IMG/VR virus record: IMGVR_UViG_3300031234_000003 | Source of the DNA: an uncultured virus (IMG/VR IMGVR_UViG_3300031234_000003) | Lineage: Duplodnaviria; Heunggongvirae; Uroviricota; Caudoviricetes | Direction: 5' to 3' (one strand) | DNA length: 64,000 bases | Part shown: positions 1 to 10,676 of the stretch, one piece after another | How the letters are laid out: each line of letters starts with the position of its first letter | Position numbering within the stretch: position 1 is the first letter of the stretch | Program-made: the position numbers and the translations under genes | Notes under the pieces: generated by a model | Database searches by the model: none | What the model saw: the letters and a program-made list of their open reading frames with translations, nothing else | Told to the model about the DNA's origin: nothing

Positions 1-1823
1 ACACCCGGATTGGGTTTGTGTGGGTAATCTTGGTGGGTTGAGCTCTGTACGAAATGATCTCTGCCGCGATCAAATTGAGTGCGTTATCGGGGAAACTATG
101 AAAATTCACTTCGTCGATCAATCTACGCTACCGCAAGGGCTGCACGCAGACGCCCTCGTCGGATACAAATACACGCCTTACGCAGTGGAGGAGATGGAAA
201 TTGTTCCGCGTAAGGATGACACTGTTATTCTCCACGGGCGGCGGGAACCAATTGCATTCCCGAAAGAGTTTCACACCGTCTGGGCCGTATACTTCTACGT
301 GGAGCACGGCATCGACAAAATCGTCTCCGTGGGGTACAGGCACGTTTTATGAGCACCGACCTGCGAACCATAGACTTTGCAATTCAAGAGGAGCCCGGGG
401 CGTTCATCACTACCCCCGAGTCAATGAAGAGCCTCGGCACCGTCTGTGAGGTATGTAAGAAGCCGATTGGAGAACGTCAGCGCATGTTCATGCTTATGAA
501 AGACACCGCCCCGAAAGGCTGGCGGCACGTCTATCTTGACGATTGCGAGGAAGTAAAACCATGAACGCACATCCGAATACCGTGATACGCGAAAAACAGG
601 AGAAGATAGGCGGCTGTTGGCTTGCCGTCTACATTGAGGCTGAGCCCTGTGTCGTGTCGGGCGCTACGCTCCGCTGTTTTTACTGCGGTTTTGGACACAA
701 TGAGGGCCACGACTTTGCGTGCCGCTATTTGTGGCACGCCGACAAATTGCCGACCCGTGGCAAAGCGGGAACGACGGCTCACATCATCTTAGTCCCAAAG
801 GGCGGCGTACCGCCGTCAGAATCGATGTTCTAATGAATCGCTGCGATCACGTCTGCCACGAACGCGGGCTCAACCCTTGGGTCGAGGAATGTCCCATCTG
901 CCGTTGCGCCAACACCAAGTATGACCCGAGCATCCCCGCTCCCGAGACGTGGGAAGAACTCATAAACTGGAATCACCCCGACCCAGAGCAGCGACCCGAG
1001 AAGTACCGAGGACTGAAAGTATGATGAGTGACAGTCAGAGGTTCGACTGGCTCGACGCCAACACTCAACGACTCAAGGAAGTGTATTGGCGTATCGAGAA
1101 CGAGGGCGGCAACGTGCGCGAAGCCATCGATTTCTTGAGTGACGGCACGGAGGAACCGAATGAGTAATTGCTTGTGCGAACTCATCAACACGGGAATGTG
1201 CGACGGATCGGAAAAGCAAGTCATCTGCCCTTCGCACCCGAGTAATCGCAGCACGCCAAAAGAGACACCGCTTCGTCTTGCCGTGTGGTGGGTGACCTAC
1301 TACGGCTTCATGCGCCCCGCTGAACTCATTCGCAGGAAGATGCACGAGTGGCATTGGGTGCACACGTGGGGACCGTGGGTGGATGGACAAAGGTTCGCCG
1401 TCGCCTACCCATGGACGAAAGCTGGCTGCTTCGCCCATTACGTGACTAATCAGGTTCGCCACTGTGAGCAGTGCGGGCTCATGGAAAAGAACGTGATCTG
1501 GTCCTGATGAACATTCCCGCACTGACCGAACACGTTAAGCTGCTCAATCAGCATGTCGAACGGGTGAGCAAGTACACCTTCTCGTACTACTTCATTCGGT
1601 CATTCATAGATGATCCAGCGGGGACGATCATCAACATCATTCGTCACGTTGCAACGATGGCGTGTTGGTGGTTCATCTTGGGATCAGTCGCGATATTGGT
1701 GACAACGTGGGGCATCTTGGGGTGGCTGGGAATCGAGTGGCTGCTAGGCCATCATGCCGTCATCGAAAAATTTCTTCACAAATAATTTGACTACCGCAGT
1801 ATTGTACATAGGGTAGTCAAAAA

Positions 1824-2306
1824 ATGGGTCAATGGAAAAACTACGAATTCAAGGGTTGTCCAAGCTGTGGGGAGAAAGATTTAACCAAGTTCGATACTCA
1901 TAAGAACCGTCGATCTGGTGTTCAGACTTACTGCAAAGCGTGCCAGCATCTCATCAAGAACCGTCCCGACCGCGTTCGCAAGTACCTCGTTCTCAACAAG
2001 CACCATATAACTCCTGAACAGTATGCGGCTCGGATGGCGGATCAAGCGGGCGTCTGTGCTATCTGTCGGCAAGCTCCATCCAGAAGGTATCTGGGCATCG
2101 ACCATGACCATTCATGCTGTTCGGGTTATTGGTCTTGCGGGGAGTGCATTCGTGGCCTCCTCTGTAGCCGATGCAACACCATGTTGGGCATGGCGATGGA
2201 CAATCCCGAAACCCTCAGAGAGGCGGCGAGGTACATCGAAAACTACCTAGCTTCAAAAAATTTCGATAATCCTATCCAAAATTCGGAATTCCGTGGTATT
2301 ATATAG
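1824..2306 (+). CDS. Endonuclease VII-like (His-Me finger) nuclease, probably a free-standing homing endonuclease
   Basis: N-terminal CxxC...YCKAC zinc finger; CAIC...IDHDH...IRGLLCSRCNTMLG motif typical of the recombination endonuclease VII family. Confidence 0.85.
   Translation: MGQWKNYEFKGCPSCGEKDLTKFDTHKNRRSGVQTYCKACQHLIKNRPDRVRKYLVLNKHHITPEQYAARMADQAGVCAICRQAPSRRYLGIDHDHSCCSGYWSCGECIRGLLCSRCNTMLGMAMDNPETLREAARYIENYLASKNFDNPIQNSEFRGII
2271..2302 (+). promoter_or_regulatory. Promoter of tRNA operon 1 (CCTATC-N20-TATTAT)
   Basis: The same motif and 26-nt spacing recur upstream of tRNA operon 2 and several other genes. Confidence 0.65.
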
Positions 2307-2345
2307 AAGTTGGCTCACCGCAAGAAGGTGACCCGGACACACAAA

Positions 2346-2420
2346 ATGATCGCTATCAGCATATCATCGTTATCGTCTAGTAGCTCCTCACGGGGCGACG
2401 GCATCGGTGTGTGCTTGTAA
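2346..2420 (+). CDS. Putative attenuator leader peptide (24 aa, MIAISISSLSSSSSSRGDGIGVCL)
   Basis: GGA upstream of ATG; codons 5-15 are AGC ATA TCA TCG TTA TCG TCT AGT AGC TCC TCA; followed by a terminator just before the Ser/Leu/Ile tRNA cluster. Confidence 0.8.
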   Translation: MIAISISSLSSSSSSRGDGIGVCL

Positions 2421-2454
2421 GTATCTGAAAACAAGCAGATTAGATTCACCGAGC

Positions 2455-2487
2455 AGCCGCCAGAAATTGGGCGGCTTTTGTGTTTTT
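2455..2487 (+). terminator. Intrinsic terminator (attenuator) upstream of tRNA operon 1
   Basis: AGCCGCC/GGCGGCT stem followed by TTTGTGTTTTT. Confidence 0.8.
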
Positions 2488-2500
2488 GGACATAAAGTAC

Positions 2501-2593
2501 GGAAGCGTGGCGTAACGGTATCGCAGCAGGTTGCTACCCTGTCCTCCCGAGTTTACCTCGGGAGTCCGAGTTCGAATCTCGGCGCTTCCGCCA
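2501..2593 (+). tRNA. tRNA-Ser(GCT)
   Basis: Cloverleaf, long variable arm, TTCGAAT T-loop, encoded CCA. Confidence 0.93.
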
Positions 2594-2594
2594 T

Positions 2595-2686
2595 GGAGAG
2601 TTGGGCGAGTGGTTTATGCCGCACGCTTGGAAAGCGTGTATCCCGCGCAAGCGGGATCAGAGGTTCGAATCCTCTACTCTCCGCCA
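2595..2686 (+). tRNA. tRNA-Ser(GGA)
   Basis: Cloverleaf, CACGC-TTGGAAA-GCGTG anticodon arm, long variable arm, CCA. Confidence 0.95.
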
Positions 2687-2705
2687 AATTTGAGTATTAA
2701 ATCGC

Positions 2706-3233
2706 ATGGATACTAATGCGAATTGTAAGAAAGCCGAGCAACTTGGAATGCCGTTCGGCACAGCGAGTAACCGCCTCAAGCAACGCCTGTTTTTCGGACT
2801 GCTGGTAAAGCTAGGCGACAACGTTTGTTTCAAATGCGGCAAACTGATCGAGAAGGCCAGCGAGCTTTCCATTGAGCACAAGAAGGATTGGCTCGACGTT
2901 GATCCGCAGCTTTTCTGGGCGGAAGACAACATTGCGTACTCGCACCGTAAGTGCAACAAGGCGGCTCGAAGGACGCCAAAGACTGGCAGGCATGGAACAC
3001 ACGGCCTGTATACTCTGGGTTGTCGTTGTAAGCCGTGCACAGACGCTCACGTTGCTTATAACAACGAATGGCGTTGGCAAAAGGGATTGCGTAAGAAAAA
3101 GTTTGGTAGGGTTGGCACATTGGCAAGTCCGACTGTCTCGAAAACAGTTATGCCTACGGGCATTGGGAGTTCAACTCTCCCTCCTACCGCCAGTTCGGTG
3201 AGCTTGGTACATGGGCAAGTCCGACCGTCTTGA
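2706..3233 (+). CDS. HNH-like nuclease inserted in the tRNA cluster
   Basis: CFKCG...SIEH...DNIAYSHRKCN motif; C-terminal HGT..YTLGCRCKPC; the frame runs into two tRNA-Ser genes. Confidence 0.7.
   Translation: MDTNANCKKAEQLGMPFGTASNRLKQRLFFGLLVKLGDNVCFKCGKLIEKASELSIEHKKDWLDVDPQLFWAEDNIAYSHRKCNKAARRTPKTGRHGTHGLYTLGCRCKPCTDAHVAYNNEWRWQKGLRKKKFGRVGTLASPTVSKTVMPTGIGSSTLPPTASSVSLVHGQVRPS
3105..3192 (+). tRNA. tRNA-Ser(CGA)
   Basis: ACTGT-CTCGAAA-ACAGT anticodon arm, long variable arm, CCA. Confidence 0.9.
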
Positions 3234-3290
3234 AAACGGCTATGCTTCAGAGATGGGGCATTGGCAGTTCAACTCTGCCGCTCACCGCCA
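3197..3290 (+). tRNA. tRNA-Ser(TGA)
   Basis: CCGT-CTTGAAA-ACGG anticodon arm, long variable arm, CCA. Confidence 0.9.
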
Positions 3291-3689
3291 GATTTGACTC
3301 ACGTGCCTAATGTGTGCCGATGTTTGGCCTCGTGACCCGCAAGGGATATGAGAAGCAGAAGATCAAATATTGCAGTATCATAAGGGTATGAAGCCTTACG
3401 AACCATGCGTCGAAGACGCCACAGCACATATCCATGTTGATTGGGAGACACACGAGAGCACGGGGAAGTTTGTTCCGTACTCGAAGATATTTTGCAGTGT
3501 GTGTCCGCCGTCAACAGCAGCGGAGAGCGAAGAGGAGTACCGCAAGTACGCGGCATACGAGAAGCGAGAAGCTCTGAGGTACGCCACACGGCGACCGAGC
3601 AAGTCGCTTCGGTTGCGGTTGTATCGTCACCGCATCCTGATTATCAGCGGACTTTTGCTGGTAGCCTACTTCGTGATTCATTGGATTTT

Positions 3690-3767
3690 GCCCGGGTGAT
3701 GCAACTGGCAGACATTTCCCACTTAAAACGGGAATTTTTGGGAGTTCGAGTCTCCTCCCGGGCACCA
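3690..3767 (+). tRNA. tRNA-Leu(TAA), short variable region
   Basis: GCCCGGG/CCCGGGC acceptor, CTTAAAA loop, TTCGAGT T-loop, ACCA. Confidence 0.85.
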
Positions 3768-3771
3768 GTTT

Positions 3772-3865
3772 AGAGGGTAGCATTGGTGTGCGGGTGGGCC
3801 TTATAAACCTGCAATCGCGGCTGATTACCGTACTCGGACGGGTTCGATTCCCGTACCCTCTACCA
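3772..3865 (+). tRNA. tRNA-Ile(TAT), atypical with long variable arm
   Basis: AGAGGGT/ACCCTCT acceptor, CTTATAA loop, TTCGATT T-loop, ACCA. Confidence 0.75.
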
Positions 3866-3896
3866 CTTTTCCCCCGCCACGTGGTATTATCCTATA

Positions 3897-4253
3897 ATGA
3901 TTGGTGAAATAAAAGTGCCGAAGTGGTTCATGGCGTTGTGGAAGCACTACGTGGGGCTCGATCCCTACCGCTGCTACCTGACCGATGAACAGCCCAAGAT
4001 CGTCGGGCCGAGCAAAGTAATCCGCGTCACGATGACGGTGGACATCGAAGTGCCGCATCGGTTCATCACCAAGAATGCCAACCTCGGCATCGCCCGCTCG
4101 TGCATCATGGAAGAGTTCAAAACCGAGGAGACCGCCCGCATCCAGACGTGGCACATCGTGAAAGCTGAGGATGTGGCATTGGCACAGCCGTCACGCCGGG
4201 GCTGTAAGACTTGCGGAAAGCCTTGGCCTGACAAAGATTACCAGCAGGTATGA
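3897..4253 (+). CDS. hypothetical protein
   Basis: ORF downstream of a -10-like TATAAT, in the co-oriented gene run. Confidence 0.6.
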   Translation: MIGEIKVPKWFMALWKHYVGLDPYRCYLTDEQPKIVGPSKVIRVTMTVDIEVPHRFITKNANLGIARSCIMEEFKTEETARIQTWHIVKAEDVALAQPSRRGCKTCGKPWPDKDYQQV

Positions 4254-4279
4254 TATACTGATCGTGGATGGAGAAGTAA

Positions 4280-4858
4280 ATGGACCCGAGCGCAGAATGG
4301 CTTGAAAAATACGGAAGGTTTTGGGGGAACGTCACGGACGAGCCGAAGAAACCATATCAGTTGACCACTCGGGAGTTGTACAACGCCCACATGGATCAGT
4401 ACACGGACGACACCGCTGTCCTGAGCATGACGAAGACCGACCACCCTAGCTACCAGTACATCAAGAATCAGCTTGGGATGCGGGCAATCCCCTACCTGCT
4501 GGAAGACATTCAAGCACAACACCCAGACGGTTCGTTCGACCACAACAGCTACCACAGCTTTTGGGGAGCGTGCAGTTTGTTCCGCACAATCCTCTACGAA
4601 AACGGGATTCCGGGTCCCGAGATTCCCGAGCCCTATCGCGGCAGGTTAGAGTACATCCGCGAAATATATGTGGATTGGGGCGTCCAAGAAAAGTTCCTGA
4701 AAGACAACCACGTGCCATCTATCCCGCTAAGGCTGGATCAGGTGCATCGGTTGGTTCCAAATCGTTTCTTCGGTCTCCGCAATTACGTGTGGAGATTGAC
4801 CACCCTCCCGAACCGTCACCGCATGAAGCATTCGTGGGACTTTTGGAGGGCAATATGA
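4280..4858 (+). CDS. hypothetical protein
   Basis: 192-aa ORF with GGAG RBS. Confidence 0.7.
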   Translation: MDPSAEWLEKYGRFWGNVTDEPKKPYQLTTRELYNAHMDQYTDDTAVLSMTKTDHPSYQYIKNQLGMRAIPYLLEDIQAQHPDGSFDHNSYHSFWGACSLFRTILYENGIPGPEIPEPYRGRLEYIREIYVDWGVQEKFLKDNHVPSIPLRLDQVHRLVPNRFFGLRNYVWRLTTLPNRHRMKHSWDFWRAI

Positions 4859-6021
4859 GGAGTTTCAATGGTAAAAGCCCAAGTAGCACGCAAGCCGCAG
4901 GACAGAGTGATGCGGTTGCTCAACGAACTTCGGGAGCACCCGAATGAGGAAAGTATCCGCAGGATACTGAATGCTTCGGAAGACGCCCGCCACGGCCGAG
5001 TGGAATATTTTGGTCTGGACAAGGCAGTGAAACGGATTCTGAACCGAGAGTTGACCGAACGCGAGAAGACTCTCGTCAAGAGGTTGTCATGAGCTACGAA
5101 AGCGGCTTTGAAAAAACCATCCGCAGGATCATAACGACAGGCGTGTTTATCGTCGTCGGCGTCCTGTTGTACTACGGCATTCGAGCCTCGGCCCACTGGT
5201 TCGGCGGGATTCAACTCAACCTGCCCAATCTCAGCAACCACGATTTCGAATGGTTGGTCATCGCCCTTCTTGCGGTCATTTGCTTGAACGGCGGCGGAAG
5301 CTGCAACTGCAAGTGCGGCAAGTGAAACGCCTTTGGCAATGATGGGTAGGGGGAATTGGCAATGATCGATTTTCTGTTTTTTCTCGTGATGCTGTTCGTA
5401 GCAGGATTCATCACTGGTGTTGGGGCTTTGATCCATCGAGAATCCGAATCGTACCGCAACTTCATGCACAACCACCCAGTCCTCGGCTGGACGGCATCGT
5501 TCTTCGTGGGCGGGCTGGTGTGGCTGTTTGCAACGTTCACCATAATCTATGCAGTGCTGATGGTGTTGGCCGTTTTATTCCACGCCAGCGTCCCAATTGA
5601 ATAAGGAGCCTCATGGCTAAGAAAGAAGACAACACTCGGAATCACACAGGCTTTGCCGCGTGGCAGAAGCGGAAGGCTGAAATCAACTCGGGCATCGAGT
5701 ACAAGAATGCCCAAAGCATGTACCGCCGTGCGGCTCTCACCGCCCGGGCAGAAGAGGGTCGGCTGACCGACAAGAATTACGTCGAGATGGCGACGGTCGG
5801 GCTCCAGTTAAAGCGTTCATGAGCGACGAACAGAAGCCCCAGATGGATACCAGCATCATCCGCGAGATGATGGCTCACTGGATTCCGTTCCCCGACGCCG
5901 CATACTGGAAGAAGTTCGGCATCGAACCGAATGCGGACGGCACCATCGACACGCCGGGTGGATTCCGTATCCCCACTCGTGAGATGTGCGAGGTTGCCGA
6001 CCTCGAAAAGTTAGCCAAGTT

Positions 6022-6324
6022 GTGACCCAAGTTGTACATGTCCGCAAATTTCCTTTCGTCCAATTTGCACCTAATTGCGTCTACATCGGACGCGACTACC
6101 TTGAGTTCAAAGATGAGGGCTGGGGAAATCCTTTCCATGTCGGCCCTGATGGAAATCGCAAAGAAGTTTTGAGGAAATACCGAGGGTGGATTGTGAACCA
6201 GCCGCAACTTCTCGCTCGGCTGCCCGAGTTAAAGGACAAAATTTTAGGTTGCTGGTGCAAGCCTCTCTCCTGCCACGGCGACGTACTTGTTGAATTACTG
6301 CACGAATACGGAATCCTCTCATAG
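6022..6324 (+). CDS. DUF4326-like protein
   Basis: YIGR...WGNPF...LGCWCKPLSCHGDVL signature; GTG start overlaps the upstream stop. Confidence 0.85.
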   Translation: MTQVVHVRKFPFVQFAPNCVYIGRDYLEFKDEGWGNPFHVGPDGNRKEVLRKYRGWIVNQPQLLARLPELKDKILGCWCKPLSCHGDVLVELLHEYGILS

Positions 6325-6336
6325 AGGGAGGGTTCA

Positions 6337-6531
6337 ATGCCTATCATTCGTATTGACGATCCCAAGGTCTACATTGGGATGTCCATGGAAGCAGCCCGCC
6401 GCGACATCACGGATCACGGGTACGATGTCCGCGTGATTCAATTCCAAACCCCTTACAAACCTGACTACGACCCACTCCGCGTTATCCTGATTATCCAAAA
6501 AGATCAGATCATCGACGCCATGGTCGGCTAA
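6337..6531 (+). CDS. small protein resembling peptidase-inhibitor I78/I13 fold
   Basis: YIGMSMEAA...VRVI...DYDPLRV...I...G pattern; GGAGG RBS. Confidence 0.4.
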   Translation: MPIIRIDDPKVYIGMSMEAARRDITDHGYDVRVIQFQTPYKPDYDPLRVILIIQKDQIIDAMVG

Positions 6532-6593
6532 CCCGTTGATTCCACAACGTTAAAACCTAGCCAAAACCCGAACTTTTACGGTAGAATGGGGGT

Positions 6594-7301
6594 ATGGCGA
6601 AGAAAACCTCATCCACCGTCCACGAATTCGATATGGAGCTTACTCCATTTTCGAGTATGCAACTCTACGGCGACAAAAAGTACAGCCTCCAGAACATGGT
6701 CCTCAAGATGACGGACTATCCCGCCAAGATGGACTCGGCGGTCGATCAACATTTCGACATCTACGTGGACCGTGCGTACACGCAATGGCACGCGGCCTCA
6801 CGCGACATCCCGAGCACACAGACGGGCGATGCGTGGTGGGCTGGTGTCTCCGACAGGGAGTTCCTGCGATTCGCTGGCAAGCTGTTCGCCATCCTCAACA
6901 CGCCTCGCACGATTACGGGCGACGAGATCGTTCAAAACGCCTATCGTTACTCCAACAAATACCTCAGCCGCCTCGCAGAGCTTCAAGGCTCGATGGCTCT
7001 GGCTGGTCTGGACGCTGACGGCTACGGCAACCTCGATCTTCGCATCAAGACTCGTGAGTGGGCCGAAGTTGCTGCCGCCGAAGAGATTGAACCCTTACCG
7101 CTCACTGGCGCTCTGATGGTTCGCATGACGAACGTGAGCAGCGGTTATCCGTGCCCCGTTCTCATGGGCGTCATTCAGAAATCCAAGTTCGCTCGCTACA
7201 GCGGGAACTCCGCTCCGTTCATCAAACAGTTCCGTTCGCACATGGACATATTCGGCAATCCTCGCCTCTACGCCAACGAGTACGAGGAGGATCGGTACTG
7301 A
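6594..7301 (+). CDS. hypothetical protein
   Basis: 235-aa ORF directly after a CCTAGC-N20-TAGAAT promoter motif. Confidence 0.7.
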   Translation: MAKKTSSTVHEFDMELTPFSSMQLYGDKKYSLQNMVLKMTDYPAKMDSAVDQHFDIYVDRAYTQWHAASRDIPSTQTGDAWWAGVSDREFLRFAGKLFAILNTPRTITGDEIVQNAYRYSNKYLSRLAELQGSMALAGLDADGYGNLDLRIKTREWAEVAAAEEIEPLPLTGALMVRMTNVSSGYPCPVLMGVIQKSKFARYSGNSAPFIKQFRSHMDIFGNPRLYANEYEEDRY

Positions 7302-8499
7302 TGGGACCGAAGCCAACAGCGAAGCAATTGGAGACGCTCACTAAGCTGGCTCTTCCCGGAGTCACCGTCCATGAATGGTCGGAGACTCGCGGTGGGCTGC
7401 ACGCCTACATTGGTCATGAACCACGGTACTCTGGGCAAGTTCGTTTCGTGGGACTGGTTGAAGCCCGTAGGCGATCCCGAGATGGCGTGGCGAAACATGG
7501 AGTACGCGATCACCGAGGACGGTCTCGAAGTCATCAAGAAGGGTGAGATACGAAAATGAGCGGAAACGTATACAGTTTTGAAACCTACGTGCGGACGGCC
7601 AAGTGGGGCACCTTCGGCAAGGGCGGCGTTGAACACTGCGCGGGCCGCTGTCCTGAGCACCAGCTTCGTTTCAAAAAGCTGATTGATTGCGACAGCGATC
7701 ACCTGCAAATGATCTTGAAAAACCAGCGGCAGGTTGAGGAGAGCCCATTCCTCAAACGCATCATCCATTACATCTTGATTGGACGTGGCGAGACGCCTGA
7801 GCCGTTCAGTGCGAAAGCCGAAGCCAAGCTGTTCAAACAGATGGCAGCCGCCGAACGTAAGCACCCCATTGTGGTACAATCGGGGTCGGGGGGAACCAAT
7901 GCGACTCGTTAAGAAGGGAAAAGACCCGAAGACCGAAATCTGGTCGGCGACCTGCACGAACTGCAAGTCAAAGTTCGAAGCTCAACGTGGCGAACTCAAC
8001 GTGACCGACGACCAACGCGACGGGCCGTTTGCTCACGCAACCTGCACCGAGTGCAAGCAGGGTATGGTTTTCTACCCGTCGAGGGGATAATGGCAAAGAA
8101 TCACGGCGTCACAAAACGTAACCGTCGTTCAGTATCGAAGTCGCGGCCCAAGCAGGCAGCCACACGCATCGCCCAAACTATGGCGACTCTCAAGCAACTT
8201 GAGAAGCGGGATGCGGCTCTGGAGCAGATACACAAACTCCACCCTGCGGATAGTATCAGGGCAGCCTTCCTACGTCGGGCAGACATCAGCGTCCTCCCAC
8301 CAGAAGAGCAGGAACGCCGCCTCGCGGAGCACATGATTCATGTCGAAAAGTTTTTCACGCAGATTGCGGGTATGGACCCGATCTTTGTGAACGTGCCACG
8401 GACGGCTGAGATCATGGTCGAAGAGGGTATCGACACCACGGACATTCCAGAAGTGACTGACTGGACTGGTGCGGTGCGAAGCAAGTTCTATCGAGGCAA

Positions 8500-9099
8500 A
8501 TGAAACAATACCCACATATCGAAGGCCCCGCTAAGGCTCCTCTGGGAGTCCCGTGCATCGCTTTCTACAAGTACGATGGAAGCAACCTGCGCTGGGAGTG
8601 GTCGCCGAAGCAGGGCTGGCACAAGTTCGGCACCCGGCACGAGATGTTCAATGCGACTCACCCGCTGTTCGGGCAGGCGATTCCAATCTTCATGGACACG
8701 ATGGCGGACGAGATTGTGAAGCGATGCAAGAAGGTTGAACGTGGCGTCCAACGCATCAACGTGTTCACCGAGTTCCTCGGGCCGAGCAGCTTCGCGGGCT
8801 TGCATGACGAGAAGGAACCGAAAGAGCTTCGGCTGTTCGATGTCAACCTGTTCAAGCGAGGCATCATGTCACCCAAGCTGTTCGTCGATACGTTCGGCGA
8901 CCTGCCTTACGCGGCTCAGGTGGTCTACCGAGGCAATCTGAACCGCCAGTTCATCGAAGATGTTCGCATGGGGCTGTACCCGGTGAATGAGGGCGTAATC
9001 GCTAAGGGCAACGACTTCATGGTGAAGATCAAGACGTATGCGTACTTGAAGAAGTTGAACGAAAAATTCGGTGCGGACTATCGCAACTATTGGGAATAA
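8500..9099 (+). CDS. RNA-ligase-like nucleotidyltransferase (adenylation domain only)
   Basis: Covalent nucleotidyltransferase motifs KYDGSN, FTEFLG, LRLFDV, EGVIAK, MVKIK. Confidence 0.75.
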   Translation: MKQYPHIEGPAKAPLGVPCIAFYKYDGSNLRWEWSPKQGWHKFGTRHEMFNATHPLFGQAIPIFMDTMADEIVKRCKKVERGVQRINVFTEFLGPSSFAGLHDEKEPKELRLFDVNLFKRGIMSPKLFVDTFGDLPYAAQVVYRGNLNRQFIEDVRMGLYPVNEGVIAKGNDFMVKIKTYAYLKKLNEKFGADYRNYWE

Positions 9100-9108
9100 G
9101 GAGGCAGT

Positions 9109-9462
9109 ATGAAATCATGCATTATCACAGGGGTGTTTTGCATTCTGACGATCATCTTCCTGTTCGCCAGTCTGGGTCACGCTCAGTCTATCGCTGGCGG
9201 CGGGGGAGGCATTCAGGCTCCTACGGGTCCGACGTACTCGGTGCCCGATCACCCGATGCACGCCGACCAAGGCACTTCACGGCCTGAGGTTAGCTTGCTC
9301 GGTAATAACAACATCACGTATGCTCAGGGTGAGCGCCCCATGTGGGAGTTTGGTCCTAGCCTCCCGCCGCCGACGCCACTTGGCGACGTGGCACGTGTGT
9401 ACCGCAAGGAACACGCGACGGCCGAGAAGGCTGTTCGTGTCTGGAATCAGCAAGGACAGTAG
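9109..9462 (+). CDS. hypothetical exported protein
   Basis: GAGG RBS; N-terminal signal peptide ending ..GHA|Q. Confidence 0.65.
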   Translation: MKSCIITGVFCILTIIFLFASLGHAQSIAGGGGGIQAPTGPTYSVPDHPMHADQGTSRPEVSLLGNNNITYAQGERPMWEFGPSLPPPTPLGDVARVYRKEHATAEKAVRVWNQQGQ

Positions 9463-10676
9463 TGGCGAACATCATGGGAGATCGAGCGGTCAAGACCTGC
9501 TTGCGGGTGTTTGAACACATCCGCAAGTCAGTTCGTTGGGACGCGGAGATGATGGAGCTAATCGTCTGCTCCAAGATCATCCGCGAACAGTTCGCGACCG
9601 CCGAGGACGAGCGGCGAATCTGGCTGAGCTACACGGACAAGGAATAACTATGGCACCGAAACTGGTAGAACCAGCGAAGATGACGGTGATGCGGAAGGCG
9701 TGGGTCGGCGACGATGACCACGTTCTCGCCATGTTCGGCACCGACGAGGCCGTACAATACCTTTTCAACCTGTTGACTGACGATCAGGTCGCGGAGTTCC
9801 TGCGAACGATGCGGGGAAATGCTTTTAATCGTGATGAATTCTGCGACGAATGTGATACACTATTGTCAGCAGGAAATCATTTCTGCCCCAAGTGCGGGCA
9901 CGACAACGAGCAAACATAATGATTACACGGATCAAGAAGGAAAAAATTACGGGTTACCTTCCGATGGTCGAGAACATGACCCTCAATTGCGTGGCGGCGT
10001 GTATCTCCGTCATGCACCACAACCGAGGCATCGTGCAGTCCATCGCGGTTGACCCCACTCAATTCATGCCCGTCACCATCCGTTACTGGCTCCCCATGTG
10101 GGAAGAAGTCGCCATACTGGATGTGACGGAGGAAGCTTCGGCGGCGGCAGCATGAGATCATTCTTCGCATGGATCGATCATTTCCTCACTTGCAAGTAGG
10201 AGATCAGGAATGTGCAGCCAATGCTGGCGCAGGTCTCGCCCGTTGTAGGGGCTATGTGGGGATTTGACAGCCGACAGACCAAGCCCGAACCTGTCACGCA
10301 AGTTTTGCAGGTCTGCAAGGTCTGCGGCAAGCTGCGGACTGAAACCCTGCACGGAAGCTGGACGATGAACGATCTCGTAGGAGGACTCCCCGATGCCACG
10401 GCGTAAAAAGACCTTCGCGGAGAACCACCCCGATTTGGACAAGCTGCGGGTGGACTTCCTCAACATGCAGGCGCTTGGCTCCAAGGAAGCGCCGATGGTG
10501 TTCCTTACTCAGTACGACGCCAAGGGCAAGGAAAAGACGCTGGTCTTCCACGTGGATGTCGCGATCAAGACGTTCCGAGGACTTGCAAAAAAGCTTCGTC
10601 TGTACAAGAAAACCAAGCTGATGATGGCCTTCAACGACGTTCCAGAAATCGACCGTTTCACAGGAGAGGTCTACCG

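Noticed and set aside
2407..2716. ORF-track ORFs 2407..2700 and 2531..2716
   Set aside because: They overlap the terminator and two tRNA-Ser genes, so they are spurious translations.
8430..8503. BrnA-like antitoxin
   Set aside because: Only a short IDTTDIPEVTDWTGAVRSKFYR similarity; there is no DNA-binding C-terminus or adjacent toxin.
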